DNA of 64,000 bases from Eledone cirrhosa (GCA_964016885.1 OZ024742.1:49724001-49788000); one strand, 5' to 3'; numbered from the stretch's first letter, positions 1-12,594 are shown. Made by a program: numbers and translations. The notes: generated from the sequence alone by a model not told the origin.

Positions 1-1261
1 AACGTTATAGCTATCTATTAATGCAGACAGCCAGACAAACAGAGACATATTATAAGGGTTCGACGTTATAGCTATGTATCTATCTAAAAATACAGACTAA
101 GAAAGAGAGAGGAATGTCATATAACCAGAAGTCTTGACATTTGAAACTTTTAAAGAAGTGAATATTTAAATAAACGATAAAATATCTTTAATCTTTTAAC
201 GAAATTTAGAAGACAAAGATACACACACTTTCTTAATTGGAAAAAGTTACATCTATGGTGCACATTTGGTGCTTTTTGGTCCAGCCTTTTGGCGAAAAGT
301 TTGTTACACACATACAGCCATCAGCTTTATAGTATATGTATATATATATATGAAGGAATTGTCCATGTACTTGTCTCGTTTGCATTTTCTCTTTCCTATA
401 ATTCACCCTATAATTGTAATGATATTTTGATTGTAACCACACAGCTTAATTTTTAAACCAAACTGTTGTTTACTACTGCTGTCCACTCTATCTCTCTCTA
501 TTTCTCTTCCTCTCTCCATCTAACTATCTCTATTTCTCCCTCTATATCCATCTACCTATCTTTTTTCTCCCTCTCCCTCAATCCTTAATACTGCTATACC
601 TTTCAAAACCCTTGTCTCAGCCTTATGCGATTTAGCACCAACCTAGCTATTCATCTTTGCCATTTTTCTCCAATTAGTTCTAGTTCTAGGGCTGACTGCT
701 CGAACAAGTATTAACTTAATTCATTCCTTCATATCTACTATGGTTACCTAGCCCTTATTCATGTTGCTTTCAATTGTAGCAATTTTCTTGTCCCATGTCA
801 GTACGTAGTTATTTCTTCTTGTTTTGTTTTATCTTTTGTCCAACATCAGTTGTATTCTAATTCTAAATAACTACCCATGGATAACTCCATCGTTTCTATT
901 GATGCACTGGGGTGAATAGTCCCATCTTATTAAGCATCCTGAACTATAATGATCCCCAGAAAGACATCAGATGAGCAGGAATTGTCCATGTACCTGTCTC
1001 TTCTGTGTTTTCTCTTTCCTATATTTCTCCCACATGTTTTTTAATGTATATGTATGTACTCATGAAAAACAAGAGTCTAGCATTCTGTTGTTTTTATTAA
1101 ATATTTAACTCCATTCCAACACCAGCCATAAGATACCACATCTATGATGAATGATTTTCATAATGTTGAGTGCTCTAATTTATTGCATCATCATTTACTA
1201 ACTGGAATCCCCAGTTCTGCCCATTGGTAAACAACTTATATATATATATACTAAGTTGATT

Positions 1262-1722
1262 ACCAATGGGCAGGCCCAAGAAGAATTGGGATGAGGTGAT
1301 AAAAGCCGACCTTAACCAATTGCACCTCTCAAAGGTGATGACACACGACCGTGACCTCTGGCGTCACACAGTAATACAGATGACCTGATCCCCCCACGGG
1401 TACAAGCCGAAGCTGATGCATATAGACAATATGCCTCCACCCCCTCCCACTGCAAAGTGGTCATGGAGGTGCCACAGCAAAAAAGCACCCCGCCCTCACT
1501 GTAAAGTGGACGTGTAGGTGCCACGGAAAAAAAGCACCCAGCTCACTGTAAATGAGGTTGGTGTTAGGAAGGGCATCCAGCTGTAGAAATCAAGCCAGAA
1601 TCAGTTCCCGTATGAGCAAAACACGGTCAGCCGACCAGCTACTGCCCACAACAGGACAACCCGTCTAACCCATGCTAGCGTGGAAGAACGGACGTAAAAC
1701 GGTGATGAGGATGATGATGATG
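1262..1722 (+). mobile_element. RTE-LINE 3' end / RTE-tailed SINE composite with (GAT)n tail
   Basis: Encodes a GRPKKNWDEVIKADL-like RT C-terminus, then the shared 3' module GGTGTTAGGAAGGGCATCCAGC...CTAACCCATGCTAGCGTGGAA...GGACGTAAAAC and GAT repeats; flanked by (TA)n. Confidence 0.75.
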
Positions 1723-1982
1723 ATATATATATTCATATATATATGCATTTAAATACATATATACATAAAAAATTGGTGCCGGAGCAAAATTAGTATGTAC
1801 AGGTATCAGCATCATCATTATTATCATCAGTTAATGTGCTAGCAGGGGTTGGTTGGGTACAAACTAAGTCAGTACATAATTAGAGTCACTGATCTTTCAA
1901 GGGGCACATATATGGACATACCCCTCACACACACACAAAAAAAAAAGAAAATAGTGCACATTAATTTTAATCTACAAGATTG

Positions 1983-2023
<41 letters not shown>

Positions 2024-2386
2024 GTACACATACACACACTTTGTAGACACACTAACTGGTGGGCAAATATTTGTTGCATATATATATATATATATGTGTG
2101 TGTGTGTATATATATATGTATATATTTATATATATATATATATACACTATCACACACATTCATAGAATTGTGTAATGAGACTGAGAGAAATTTCAAAGTG
2201 TGTGGAATGCAATGAAATTCTCTATTATTGACATATATTAACCTTCAGTTGGTATTAGTTGTGTGACCTTCAAGGTTGGGTGGTGAACAGTTTCTCAAAA
2301 CTATCTTCTAACATAGAAATTCACATCAATAACATTGTTTTTTTGTTTTGATGATGTTTCTTTAGTTGTTTATTTATATCTTCCAG

Positions 2387-2457
2387 TTTTCATTGATCAT
2401 ATTGATATGTCAAAAGGAACAAAAATCAAACTATTCTCTCCTATTGAATCTATACAG
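2387..2457 (+). CDS. Candidate 71-nt internal exon of an unidentified host gene
   Basis: T-rich tract ending TTCCAG, then an open frame (FIDHIDMSKGTKIKLFSPIESIQ) and a CAG|GTGAGG donor, in unique sequence. No homology recognised. Confidence 0.3.
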
Positions 2458-2656
2458 GTGAGGAGATATCATCTCTTGTGAGCTGCTGCCACTAGTTTCT
2501 TAAAATGTATTTCAGGGAATGAAATAGAAAAGATTAGAATAAAAACCTGACCTTGAAAATATCAAACTCATTTTTGTTTCTAATACTCAACTGTGTATAT
2601 ATTATGAAGTTTATGTAATTATGTATGAGTATATGTGTGTGTATTTATATATGTGT

Positions 2657-2990
2657 ATCATCATCATTTTACGTCCGCTTTTCCCTACTTGCATGGGGTG
2701 GTACGGGAACTGATTCTGGCTTGATTTCTACAGCTGGATGCCCTTCCTAACACCCAGCTCATTTACAGTGAGTGCTGGGTGCTTTTTTGCCATGGCACCT
2801 CCACGGCCACTTTGTAGTGGAATGATAGGGACCCCAGTCCTATCATCTCATTTCTACAGCTGAGTAAACTGGAGCAATGTGAAATAAAGTGTCTTGCTCA
2901 AGGAAGCAACACATCACCCGGTCTGAGAATTGAACCCACAACCTTTCGATTGCAAGACCAATGATCTAACCACTAAGCCATGCGCCTCCA
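2657..2990 (-). mobile_element. tRNA-derived CORE-like SINE (family A) with RTE-type tail
   Basis: Minus strand: A box TGGCTTAGTGG, B box GGTTCAATTC, CORE-like CCTTGAGCAAGACACTT...CAGTTTACTCAGCTGTAGAAATG, tail GGAAAAGCGGACGTAAAATGATGAT. Confidence 0.85.
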
Positions 2991-3035
2991 TATATGTGTG
3001 TGTGTGTGATTGTCTGTGTGTGTGTGTATATATAT

Positions 3036-3210
3036 AAGGAAAAAAAATGAAATCAAAAATGCAACTGGAGTCTTTTAAAAAAAATATATATATTTATTTA
3101 AAAAATGACTCCAGTTGCATTTTCGATTTCATCTTTTTCCCTTATACTTTCACTCGTGTAAGGCACCTCGGTTTCTTTTTCATTTTGTAAAAAAACCTCA
3201 CTTTCTAATA
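3036..3210. repeat. Fold-back element (~108-nt palindrome plus unique tail); second copy at 56465-56770
   Basis: GAAATCAAAAATGCAACTGGAGTC...GACTCCAGTTGCATTTTCGATTTC inverted arms, followed by the TACTTTCACTC...AAAAACCTCACTTTC tail shared with 56705-56770. Confidence 0.75.
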
Positions 3211-3249
3211 TATATATATATTCTCACACATACATATAGCATCAACATC

Positions 3250-3386
3250 ATCATCATCATTTTATGTCCGCTTTTCCCTGCTTGCAAGCGTTGGATGGGT
3301 CCTATTCAGCACAGCATCTCTCCACTTGTCACGGTCCTTCGTCATCTCCTCGGTGCGTTTCAGCGATCTGAGGTCTGCTCTCACCA
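3250..3386 (-). mobile_element. Short 3' fragment of RTE LINE family B
   Basis: Encodes VRADLRSLKRTEEMTKDRDKWRDAVLNRTHPTLASREKRT, followed by (GAT)n; 5' end abuts (TA)n. Confidence 0.85.
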
Positions 3387-3417
3387 TATATATATATATA
3401 TATACACATATATATAT

Positions 3418-3755
3418 GGAGGCACATGGCTTAGTGGATAGACCATTGGCCTTGCAATCGAAAGGTTGTGAGTTCAATTCTCAGACCGGGTGATGTGTTG
3501 TTTCCTTGAGCAAGATACTTTATTTCACATTGCTCCAGTTTACTCAGCTGTAGAAATGAGATGATAGGGACTGGCGTCCATATCATTCCACTGCAAAGTG
3601 GTCGTGGAGGTGCCATGGCAAAAAAGCACCCAGCACTCACTGTAAATGAGGTTGGTGTTAGAAAAGAAAGGACATCCAGCTGTTGAAATCAAGCCAGAAT
3701 CAGTTCCTGTCCCACCTTTGCAAGCAGGGAAAAAGCAGATGTAAATGAAATGAAA
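3418..3755 (+). mobile_element. SINE family A (tRNA head, CORE-like body, RTE tail)
   Basis: Starts GGAGGCACATGGCTTAGTGG; reverse-complement match to 2657-2990. Confidence 0.85.
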
Positions 3756-3895
3756 TGAAAAAGATATATATACATATACACACATATATATGCTAGCATG
3801 GAAGATGGACGTTAAATGATGATGATGATGATGATGATATATATATGTATATATATATGTGTATATATATATATAAGTGTATATATATATATATA

Positions 3896-3954
<59 letters not shown>

Positions 3955-4149
3955 GTGTGTATATATGTATATAAATACGCAAACACACACACATATATAT
4001 ATGGTGGCTATGTTTGTTGCTCAAGAAATGAAGATGAAGTGAGCCTGCTTTAATTTTGTGATGCAAATGAACTAACCATTGCAACACAAATTTCTAGAAA
4101 CCAGCTAACCATCTGCTCACATGACAATCATGCAAGCACACAACCCAAA

Positions 4150-4980
4150 TTTATTTCTTACTTGTAAGATAATGAGATAGATGGAATGAATTAAACACTA
4201 AGGTCTTCTCCAGGGAAGAATGTGTTACCCAACACAAGTTAGATATTAGTGACATGAGAATAAACACAAGGCAGAACAAGATATATAGAAAAATATAGTG
4301 ATGGAGGATTTGTAAACGAAAGGACCTTTCTGTTGAATGTAGGTTTAGAAAGGCCATACAGAATGCATTTGATGAGAGGGGTGATGGGCTAGATACATAT
4401 AACATAGAGGATAATTGCATGACAACCTTTTGCGAATTAGTGAAGCACCAACCAGAGAAAGTGTGAGTTGGTGGTGGAACAGCACAATGGATAAAACCAT
4501 TAAACCAAGTATGGGCAGGGAAAGACTGGAAAAATGTGGGTAGCAGAGACCACTACCTGGTGTCTAAGAGTGAAACTAGACACAGGTATATACAGCTTGG
4601 TGAGAGGCTGTAAAACAGATGTCTGCCAATGTCTTCTGATATGAGGATCAGACAAATGTGAAATGGGATATTGACATCAAAGATGTTCTCTCTACATAGA
4701 AAATGACAACTGTATGATGCCTGTGTACAAAGTGTGATGCTGGATGGTAGTGAAACATAGGCATCAATTTCACAGAAATTTCACAGGAATAAACTGGGTT
4801 TTAAAAGGAATCCAATGTGATGTGCAAGAGAGAAGGCTGCATTGATATGGACATGTGATGTGCATGGATGATGATCGCTGGGTGAAGGAATGTCAGAAAA
4901 TATCTGTGGAAGGAAGCTGCAGTAGAGACCAAGAAAGACCTAGGCAGAGGTGGTGACAGCTGCTTTCATATCGCCTAAAC
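4150..4980 (+). mobile_element. Old, internally deleted RTE LINE relic
   Basis: Degenerate matches to RTE ORF2 segments (PGEECVTQH-like; LYDACVQSVMLDGSET; WYGHVM-like; RPRKT) with many stops. Confidence 0.65.
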
Positions 4981-5004
4981 TCCCATATAGTGTGTATATA
5001 TATA

Positions 5005-5390
5005 TCATCATCATCATCATTTTACGTCCGCTTTTCCCTGCTTGTAAGGGTGGGACGGGAACTGATTATGGCTTGATTTCTACAGCTGGATGCCCTTCCT
5101 AACACCAACCTCATTTACAGTGAGTGCTGGGTGCTTTTTTCTGTGGCGCCTACACATCCACTTTACAGTGTGGGCTGGGTGCTTTTTTGCTGTGGCACCT
5201 CCACGACCACTTTGCAGTGGAATGATAGAGACCCATGTCCTATCATCTGATTTCTACAGCTGACTAAACTGGAGCAATGTGAAATAAAGTGTCTTGCTCA
5301 AGGAAGCAACATATCACCCGGTCTGAGAATTGAACTCACAACTTTTTGATTGCAAGGCCAATGCTCTAACCACTAAACCATGTGCCTCCA
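5005..5390 (-). mobile_element. SINE family A
   Basis: Same head, CORE-like body and tail as 2657-2990, with one extra internal ~40-bp repeat unit. Confidence 0.85.
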
Positions 5391-5552
5391 TATATATTAA
5401 ATCAAAAGTAGGATGATATATTATATATAAAATAAACACGTCAAACAATTACAGGGGATAATTTGTAAAGAGTGTATGATTCTGATATTCTCAGACATGA
5501 CATCCTTAATATCATTTTGGTATATATAAGAGATAACAAGATATCGGCTATT

Positions 5553-5663
5553 AGTATTCTGACGATTTGGTCAGGTATCGACTGTAATTAAAGCTGAGTG
5601 ACATGACTTCTAACGATCAGCGACTTTTAGACACACTGGACTAATGAAACAATTGTTGATACT
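5553..5663 (+). ncRNA. Type I hammerhead ribozyme motif (Penelope-like relic), long stem/loop II
   Basis: Stem I AGUAUU/GAUACU; core CUGACGA (5559-5565); stem II base UUGGUC/GACUAA; GAAA (5646-5649); palindromic CAAUUG; UU cleavage-site dinucleotide. Confidence 0.65.
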
Positions 5664-5881
5664 TTAAATAAGCCCTATTGTACAACCAAACATCTTATTC
5701 TCCATTCTTTTACTATATATATATATGTGTGTGTGTATATATATATATATATTTAATGTAGGAGGTGAGTTTTATTGTAGCACAATAAAGCAATGCAAAT
5801 ATCGGATAAGTAGCACTCAACTGTTTATTGGACTGGAGTATATATAAGAAGAAATTAAAAGATGGTTAAAAAAGTTCCACG

Positions 5882-5952
5882 TATTTTATTATGCGCATTT
5901 CAAAAACAAATATCATCCTGGGACGATATTTGCGTTCTCATCAGATAAAATA
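5882..5952 (-). ncRNA. Type I hammerhead ribozyme motif with intact core
   Basis: Minus strand: UAUUUUAU-CUGAUGA-[GAACGCAAAUAUCGUC CCAG GAUGAUAUUUGUUUUU]-GAAA-UGCGCA-UA-AUAAAAUA. 8-bp perfect stem I, long stem II, palindromic stem III. An inverted partial copy lies at ~6018-6070. Confidence 0.8.
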
Positions 5953-6064
5953 GGGAGACATGATATGAAGCTTAAAAAAGACACTTGTGAAAAAGGTAGT
6001 GTCTAAACAACATATATGTTGTTTTTGAAATGCGCATAATAAAACCATCTTTTAATTTCTTCTT

Positions 6065-6098
<34 letters not shown>

Positions 6099-7334
6099 GG
6101 TTAAGTGATGAGTCTTGTTAAATTGATGTTTCCCTTGTATAATCACTGGATCATGTGACAAGTCTTGTCGGATGATCCAGTGAATAATAATAGTGGTATT
6201 TGCATGGGCAGCAGCAGCAGCAGCAGTAAGTGACTGGCTGAAAATGTTGATTATTGATATCTCTAATTAAGGCACAATGACATCAAATTTGGGAGAAGAG
6301 CATAGTTGATTAAATCAACCACTACTTTAATAGTATTTTAATATATTGACACTGGAAGGATGAGGAGTCAGTTGATCATGGCAGGATTTGAAATCAGACT
6401 GTAAAGAGCCATAACAAATACCTCAATTGTATTTTATTCTGTGTTACATCAATTCTGCCAATCAACCACACAAACCAACATATCAAAAAATATTTTGAAG
6501 ATTACCATGTCTCAACCATGCTTTGTTCATTTAGAAAAAACTGAGTATTGAATCAAGCCTTCCTAGAGAAATTGATTTTGATAGAGCCATTGGGAATTTT
6601 GCAGATAAAACCAGTCAGTAAAGCTCCTTTCATTAGCTGGTTAGAGATATTATTGCTTTGTATAAAGTATATTGTTATCTGGTCATTCTAGTGCACACCA
6701 AATAAAATATTTATGAAAGTTTACCAGTGGTCATATTCAGCTAGTTTGAAACCAGATAACATAATCAATTATGCCTTCATAATTTTATTCCCAATGCTAT
6801 CTGCTTTGTTCATAATTTATCATAAATACATTTTTTTCTATGAAGGAGAAGATTCAACTTTAAAATTTTATGTAATACCATTATCTTTATTGAAAATACT
6901 TAATCGAGTATTTAAAGTCCATTTGGACCTTAAATTTTCAATAGTGATGAGATTCTCCTGGTGAAGGTGAAGGTGAAAGTGATATGTTTTTTTTTTCTTG
7001 TATAATTTCCCTCGTTGTGTTTTCCATGTTGGCATGGTCTGGACATGACTTTTTCAGGCAATGTTTTACAGCCAGTTGCCTTTCCTGGCACTAACCATTT
7101 TAGTTGCTTTTTATGATATGCAGAATACCTATTCCCAACTGGGTACAGATGGTTAAATATATATACTAACTATTACTAAATTCAAAACCTTTCCATCTCA
7201 CACAATCGAACATTGAATGTCTCAATTCTTCACCAGATAGTTCTGCATCTTCATCAATGACTCTCTTTAATGTCTTGAGAGGTCTTCTGCATTTGTGTTT
7301 CACATTGGTAGGTATCGAAAATACACACGCGCGT

Positions 7335-7370
<36 letters not shown>

Positions 7371-8049
7371 TAGTTTGTAATTCGAAACTTCCATTGAAAA
7401 TATTTTTACTGCTTGTATGTATTTGTGTACCTATGTATGCTATGTGTGTGTGAATAATCTCATTATGAACTGTGTAAACAAAATCAGTTTATATTTCTCT
7501 ATGTAAGTGTCGCTGCAAATATAAATATTATTTCTATGAAAGTGAATCTATAGTAAACTAGTAAACCATTCGTATTTGCATCCACACTTAGTTAAAGAAA
7601 TATAAACATGTATTTTTCATTCAAAGGGAGAAGAAATTAGAAACTATTGGTTCAGTATTTCGGTCAATTGAATTGTATGAAATGAAAAGTTAAAGTTGGA
7701 AAATTACAATTTACTGTGAAGTTCTCTTTCTTGGTTTATTTTCATGTAGACAGGGTAAGTGAAGTGTAATAAAGGTGGTTTAAAGCAAATATTATAGAAT
7801 CAGTTGTTTGGCTTGAGTGAAGTGTATACAGTAGTCAATTACTTCTGTGTGTGTGTGTGTGTGCATGCACATGTGAAGTCAGTATAATCTCACTTAAAAG
7901 TAACCAGACATTTTGACCCATGAATTGAACTATTGAAATGGTTGTTTTCACACAGTAAACATAAATTATGTAATATGTTAATATAAATCTGCAGCTAGTC
8001 TTGCTGATGGATGGTCATATTGTGTGTGTGTGTGTGTGTGTGTGTTATG

Positions 8050-8480
8050 TATCTACTAATGTGCTATGTGTACAGTGTGTGCTGTGTTCCCCCAGATTTA
8101 TTTGGCTATGCATATGTATCATATGTATCTGAAGTATGGGTGTACTGAGTGTGGTGTGGGTCTCCAGATGTGTTTGGGTATGTGAATATGGTTGATATAT
8201 GGGTGTAAAATGTGCAGTGTGTGTCTTCAGTTGTATTTGGCTAAGTATAGAGTGAGTGTTATATGTCTGCAGATGTTTGCATAGTGTACAATGTTGATGT
8301 GTGTACAGCGTGTAGTGCTGTCTCTAGATGTGATTGGCTACATGTATATTGTTGATGTATCCATATAAAGTATGCAGCATTTGAATCCAGATGTGTTTGG
8401 CTAAGTCTATATTGTTGATGTGTGGGTGTAAAGTCTGAGCTGTGTGTCTCCAGATGTGTTTGGCAAAGTATATAGCTGAT
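8050..8480. repeat. Degenerate ~63-bp minisatellite (about 6 units)
   Basis: CCAGATGTGTTTGGCTAAGT...TTGTTGATGTGTGGGTGTAAA variants recur near 8092, 8165, 8228, 8326, 8387 and 8451. Confidence 0.7.
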
Positions 8481-9619
8481 AGCAAATGTTAGTGGAGTAA
8501 ATCTTCCCTTCTCTATACATAAGTACATGAGTATATATACAAACGCACAGTGTTTCTCCCGCTCTATGAATGCTTGCTCATATGTGTATGCACAAACATA
8601 TGTACCAATGAATGTGCAACATTATAGAACATCAGCATCTCTGCAAGCCAATTCTGTGACGCAACCTCAATACCCATCTACATAATTTATTTTCACATCT
8701 TTTAACTGTTGGCTTCCAGCATTAGATTATGTGTGTAACCTAGAAAGAGCTAAACTATTTGAATTTCATTTTCTAACCAAAATGCTACATACATTCAAAA
8801 CATTTTGTTTTTACTCATTAACTTAATACAGAATATTCAATTTAACTTACCTGTTTAATGCCTGTGAGATTATGCAACAGAACACTTATCTGTATAATAG
8901 CTATGAGGTTAGGATAAAGGTCATTTGCCTGTGCAATATTGGTAAGATTAACCCTTTCATTATTAAAGTTAAATCACATATGGAAGGATACATATGATGC
9001 TGATTGCTTGACTCTAATTGCATCATTATTTACTGATTTGAGTGTTGCATACATAGCCCAGTTGGTCAACATCTTATACAAAAAAATATATATATATATG
9101 TATGTATATATAGTGATTTCAATTCCCAGAAGGGGTGATATATTATGTCCTAGAGCAAGACACTTTATTTCATGTTACTCCTTCTGCTTAGATTTGATTT
9201 GCGACTGTTAGACAGTATTAGCAATTGGAAAGACCAATGGAAACATTATTTCCCCGGTCTGATTTAACATGGTCTGGGAGATTGTCAATTGACTGACGAC
9301 TGTCAATATATATATATATATAATTCACAGTGTCAATGGGTAGACTTGATATGACCCCCCCCCCCCCACGTCTTGTTTAGGGTGGCAATTGAATTTTGGA
9401 TATATTCTACTTCAATTTAATATGTTTTTTTTTCAATCCTCTGAAGATTGACAAGTACAAACAATATCTCTATATGATTTTTTATTGACCGTATGGAACT
9501 GGGTGATCCCGCTATAGCTTCTACAGGATTGAAACTATTTCATTCATATGAAATTATCAAGAATACCTTATGATTTCATATGAATGAAAGAGTTCTTGTC
9601 TGTAGAAACTATTTCTATA

Positions 9620-9745
9620 TTAAATATATGTGTGTGTGTGCATATATATGAGTGTGTATATGTATGTATATTGATGTATATACACACACATATATATATA
9701 TATATATTTATATATGTATATATATATATACATATATAAATATAC

Positions 9746-9809
<64 letters not shown>

Positions 9810-9810
9810 G

Positions 9811-9844
<34 letters not shown>

Positions 9845-9910
9845 TGTATAGATATATATATATGTATATAGATATATATATATGTATATATATATATATA
9901 TGTATATATT
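9620..9910. repeat. (TA)n/(TG)n microsatellite, representative of many tracts (also 10936-11124, 12735-13088, 14700-15010, 15277-15589, 16198-16620, 22950-23232, 24600-24720, 48490-48782, 54110-54425, 56290-56465, 56770-57252, 62131-62610)
   Basis: Directly visible dinucleotide repeats; they explain the YIYIYI ORFs. Confidence 0.98.
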
Positions 9911-10935
9911 CATCATCATCATCATCATCGTTTAACGTCCATGTTCCACGCTTGCATGGGTTTGGATGGGAGTTTTCCCACTTGAGGCAAGAGTGTTTGT
10001 CATTGCTTGCATAGGACTGTCTGGCGGGTTTTCTACAGCTGGATGCCCTTCCTAACACCAACCACATTTACAGTGTGGGGCTGGGAGGTTTTTACCGTGT
10101 TGCCTACACGGCCACATTACAGCGTGGACTGTGTGTTTTTTTGTCGTGACACCTACACGATCTCATTTGTTTCGGCCTGGATGTTGTGGCACCAACATAA
10201 CTTTACATTGAAAGGGGCGGTGTGAATGGGGTGGGGGAGGTGGGACGGGGGTGTATTTTGTTAGAGATGCCTACTGACTGTAGTAGGTTTTACTTTGTAT
10301 TTAGGTAAGGCAGGTCTTCTCTATTACTGAGTACCGCCAAAGGTCTCGGTCCAGTGACATTGTCTTGGAGAGGTGTAAGTGTGTGAGGTCGGAATTTATC
10401 AGCTCCCCCAGGTTTTTCTGGGTCTGCCTACTCCGTGGCTACCGTCTATCTTTATTGCCCTGCACTTTGTTATACAGCTGTCGTCTTTCATGCGCATCAC
10501 GTGACCATACCAACGTAGCCTTCTCTCGAGTAAACAACATCTGATCCCTCTTATTTCTAATTTTTTCCTTAGTTCGTTTATGCTTTGCCGTTCATGTATA
10601 TTACTATTACACATCCAGCGGAGCATGCAAGCTTCATTCCTCTCTAGTCTGCGTATATCCTCTGCACACAATGCCCAGGTCTCACTGCCATGCAACATTG
10701 CTGTTCATATGCAGGCATCATATAACCTGCCTTTCATTTTTAGGGAAAACACTTTAGCAGCTAATAGTGGTATAAGCTCACTGAACTTTTTCCATCCAGT
10801 TCTGACTCTAGCTACTGTACTTTCAGAACACCCTCCCCCACTGATAATTTTGTCACCCAGGTAACGGAAGCTGTCCACTATTTCAATAGAACCCTCAGCG
10901 CAATTGAAAGAGCTAGTATTATGGGCACTTGCTGC
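9911..10935 (-). mobile_element. 5'-truncated RTE LINE family A
   Basis: Minus-strand ORFs [12 protein letters not shown]...GRLYDACI and MLHGSETW...RLRWYGHVMRM...GRPRKTW; long 3' UTR; (GAT)n tail. Confidence 0.92.
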
Positions 10936-10953
10936 TATATATATATACATATA

Positions 10954-11052
<99 letters not shown>

Positions 11053-11059
11053 CTATATA

Positions 11060-11102
<43 letters not shown>

Positions 11103-11331
11103 ATATATATGTATATATATATATGAGTTTCAGAAGATCCCGTTAAGGGTGAAAACTGCGATTCTTTGCTTAAACTTTAATCTGTTATTTTAATAATTAT
11201 TTGCACTACGGTTCTTATATATTTCATATATATTTATCCTTATCGAGCCCTCTTTAGATTTTAGTCTTCAAATGTATTATTATTACTATATGTATATATA
11301 TATGTATACATATATAAATATACATATATAT

Positions 11332-11363
<32 letters not shown>

Positions 11364-11365
<2 letters not shown>

Positions 11366-12298
11366 CATCATCATCATCATCGTTTAGCGTCCATCTTTCA
11401 TGCTTGCATTTGTTTGGATGGGAGTTTTCCCACTTGAAGCAAGATTGGTTGTCCTACTCGTATAGGACTATCTGGCGGATTTTCTATGGCTGGATGCCCT
11501 TCCTAACACCAACCACGTTTACAGTGTGGACTGGGAGGTTTTTACCGTGTTACCTACACGCCCATATTACAGCGTGGACTGTGTGTTTTTTTGTCGTGAC
11601 ACCTACACGTCTGGCGGGTTTTCTACGGCTGGGTGCCCTTGCCAACACCAACCACATTTACAGTGTGGACTGGGAGGTTTTTACCGTGTTACCTACACGG
11701 CCACATTACAGCATGGACTGTGTGTTTTTTTGTCGTGACACCTACACGACCTCATTTGTTTCGAACTGGATGTTGTGGTACCAATATAACTTCACATTTA
11801 GGTGGGGGGGGGGGGTAGTGGGACGGGGGTGTATTTTGTTGGAGGTGCCTAAAGACTTTAGTTTTCGCTTTGTACTTAGGCATGGCAGTTCTTCTGTATA
11901 ACTGTGTAGCGCCAAAGATCTCGGTCCAGTGACATTGTCTTGGAGAGGTGTAAGTGTGTGAGGTCGGAATTTATCAAGTCGTCCCAGGTTTTTCTGGGTC
12001 TGCCTACTCTGTGACTACCGTCTATTTTTATCGCCCTACACTTTTTTATACAGCTGTCGTCTTTCATGCACATCACGTGACCGTACCAACGTAAACAACA
12101 TCTGATCCCTCTTATTCCTAATTTCTCCCTTAGTCCGTTTATGCTTTGCCGTTCACGTATATTACTGTTACACATCCAGCGGAGCATGCAAGCTTCGTTT
12201 CTCTCCAGTCTGCGTATATCCTCTGCACACAATGCCCAGATCTCACTGCCATGTAACATTGATGTACGTATGCAGGCATCATACAGCCTGCCTTTCAT
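11364..12298 (-). mobile_element. 5'-truncated RTE LINE family A (duplicated at 13328-14263)
   Basis: MKGRLYDACIRTSMLHGSE...GRPRKTW...DRDLWR; 3' UTR with an internal ~120-bp duplication; (GAT)n tail. Confidence 0.92.
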
Positions 12299-12308
12299 TA
12301 TATATATA

Positions 12309-12497
12309 CGGTGGATTGGCAGTATCGGTAGAGGGTCGGACGCCTTGCTTTGATGCATAGAGTTACAGCCCTTGCAATTCTGAGTTCAAATCCCACCAAG
12401 GTTAACTTTGCCTTTCATCCTTACGGGGTCGATAAAAGAAAGTATCAGTAATGTTCTTTGTAATTGCTGGCCTTGTGCCAATAGTAGAAACAATTAT
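12309..12497 (+). mobile_element. tRNA-derived SINE family B (duplicated at 14274-14462)
   Basis: Head GGATTGGCAGTATCGG, B box GAGTTCAAATCC, central CCTTTCATCCTTACGGGGTCGATAAAA (resembles the Meta/Nin-type conserved SINE domain), tail GGCCTTGTGCC-N-AGAAACAATT. Confidence 0.85.
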
Positions 12498-12594
12498 ATA
12501 TATATATATATATATAAATATATATATACATATTTAAATTAATAACAACAATTAAATAAACACAAAGAACAGGCTCCATATATTAAAAAGAAAT

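Noticed and set aside
3418-3490. tRNA-like A and B boxes
   Set aside because: SINE heads continuing into CORE-like bodies; no complete cloverleaf, so not tRNA genes.
11125-11180. CAGAAGA-UCCC..GGGU-GAAA hammerhead look-alike (also at 13089)
   Set aside because: Core is mutated, stem III is not palindromic and there is no convincing stem I.
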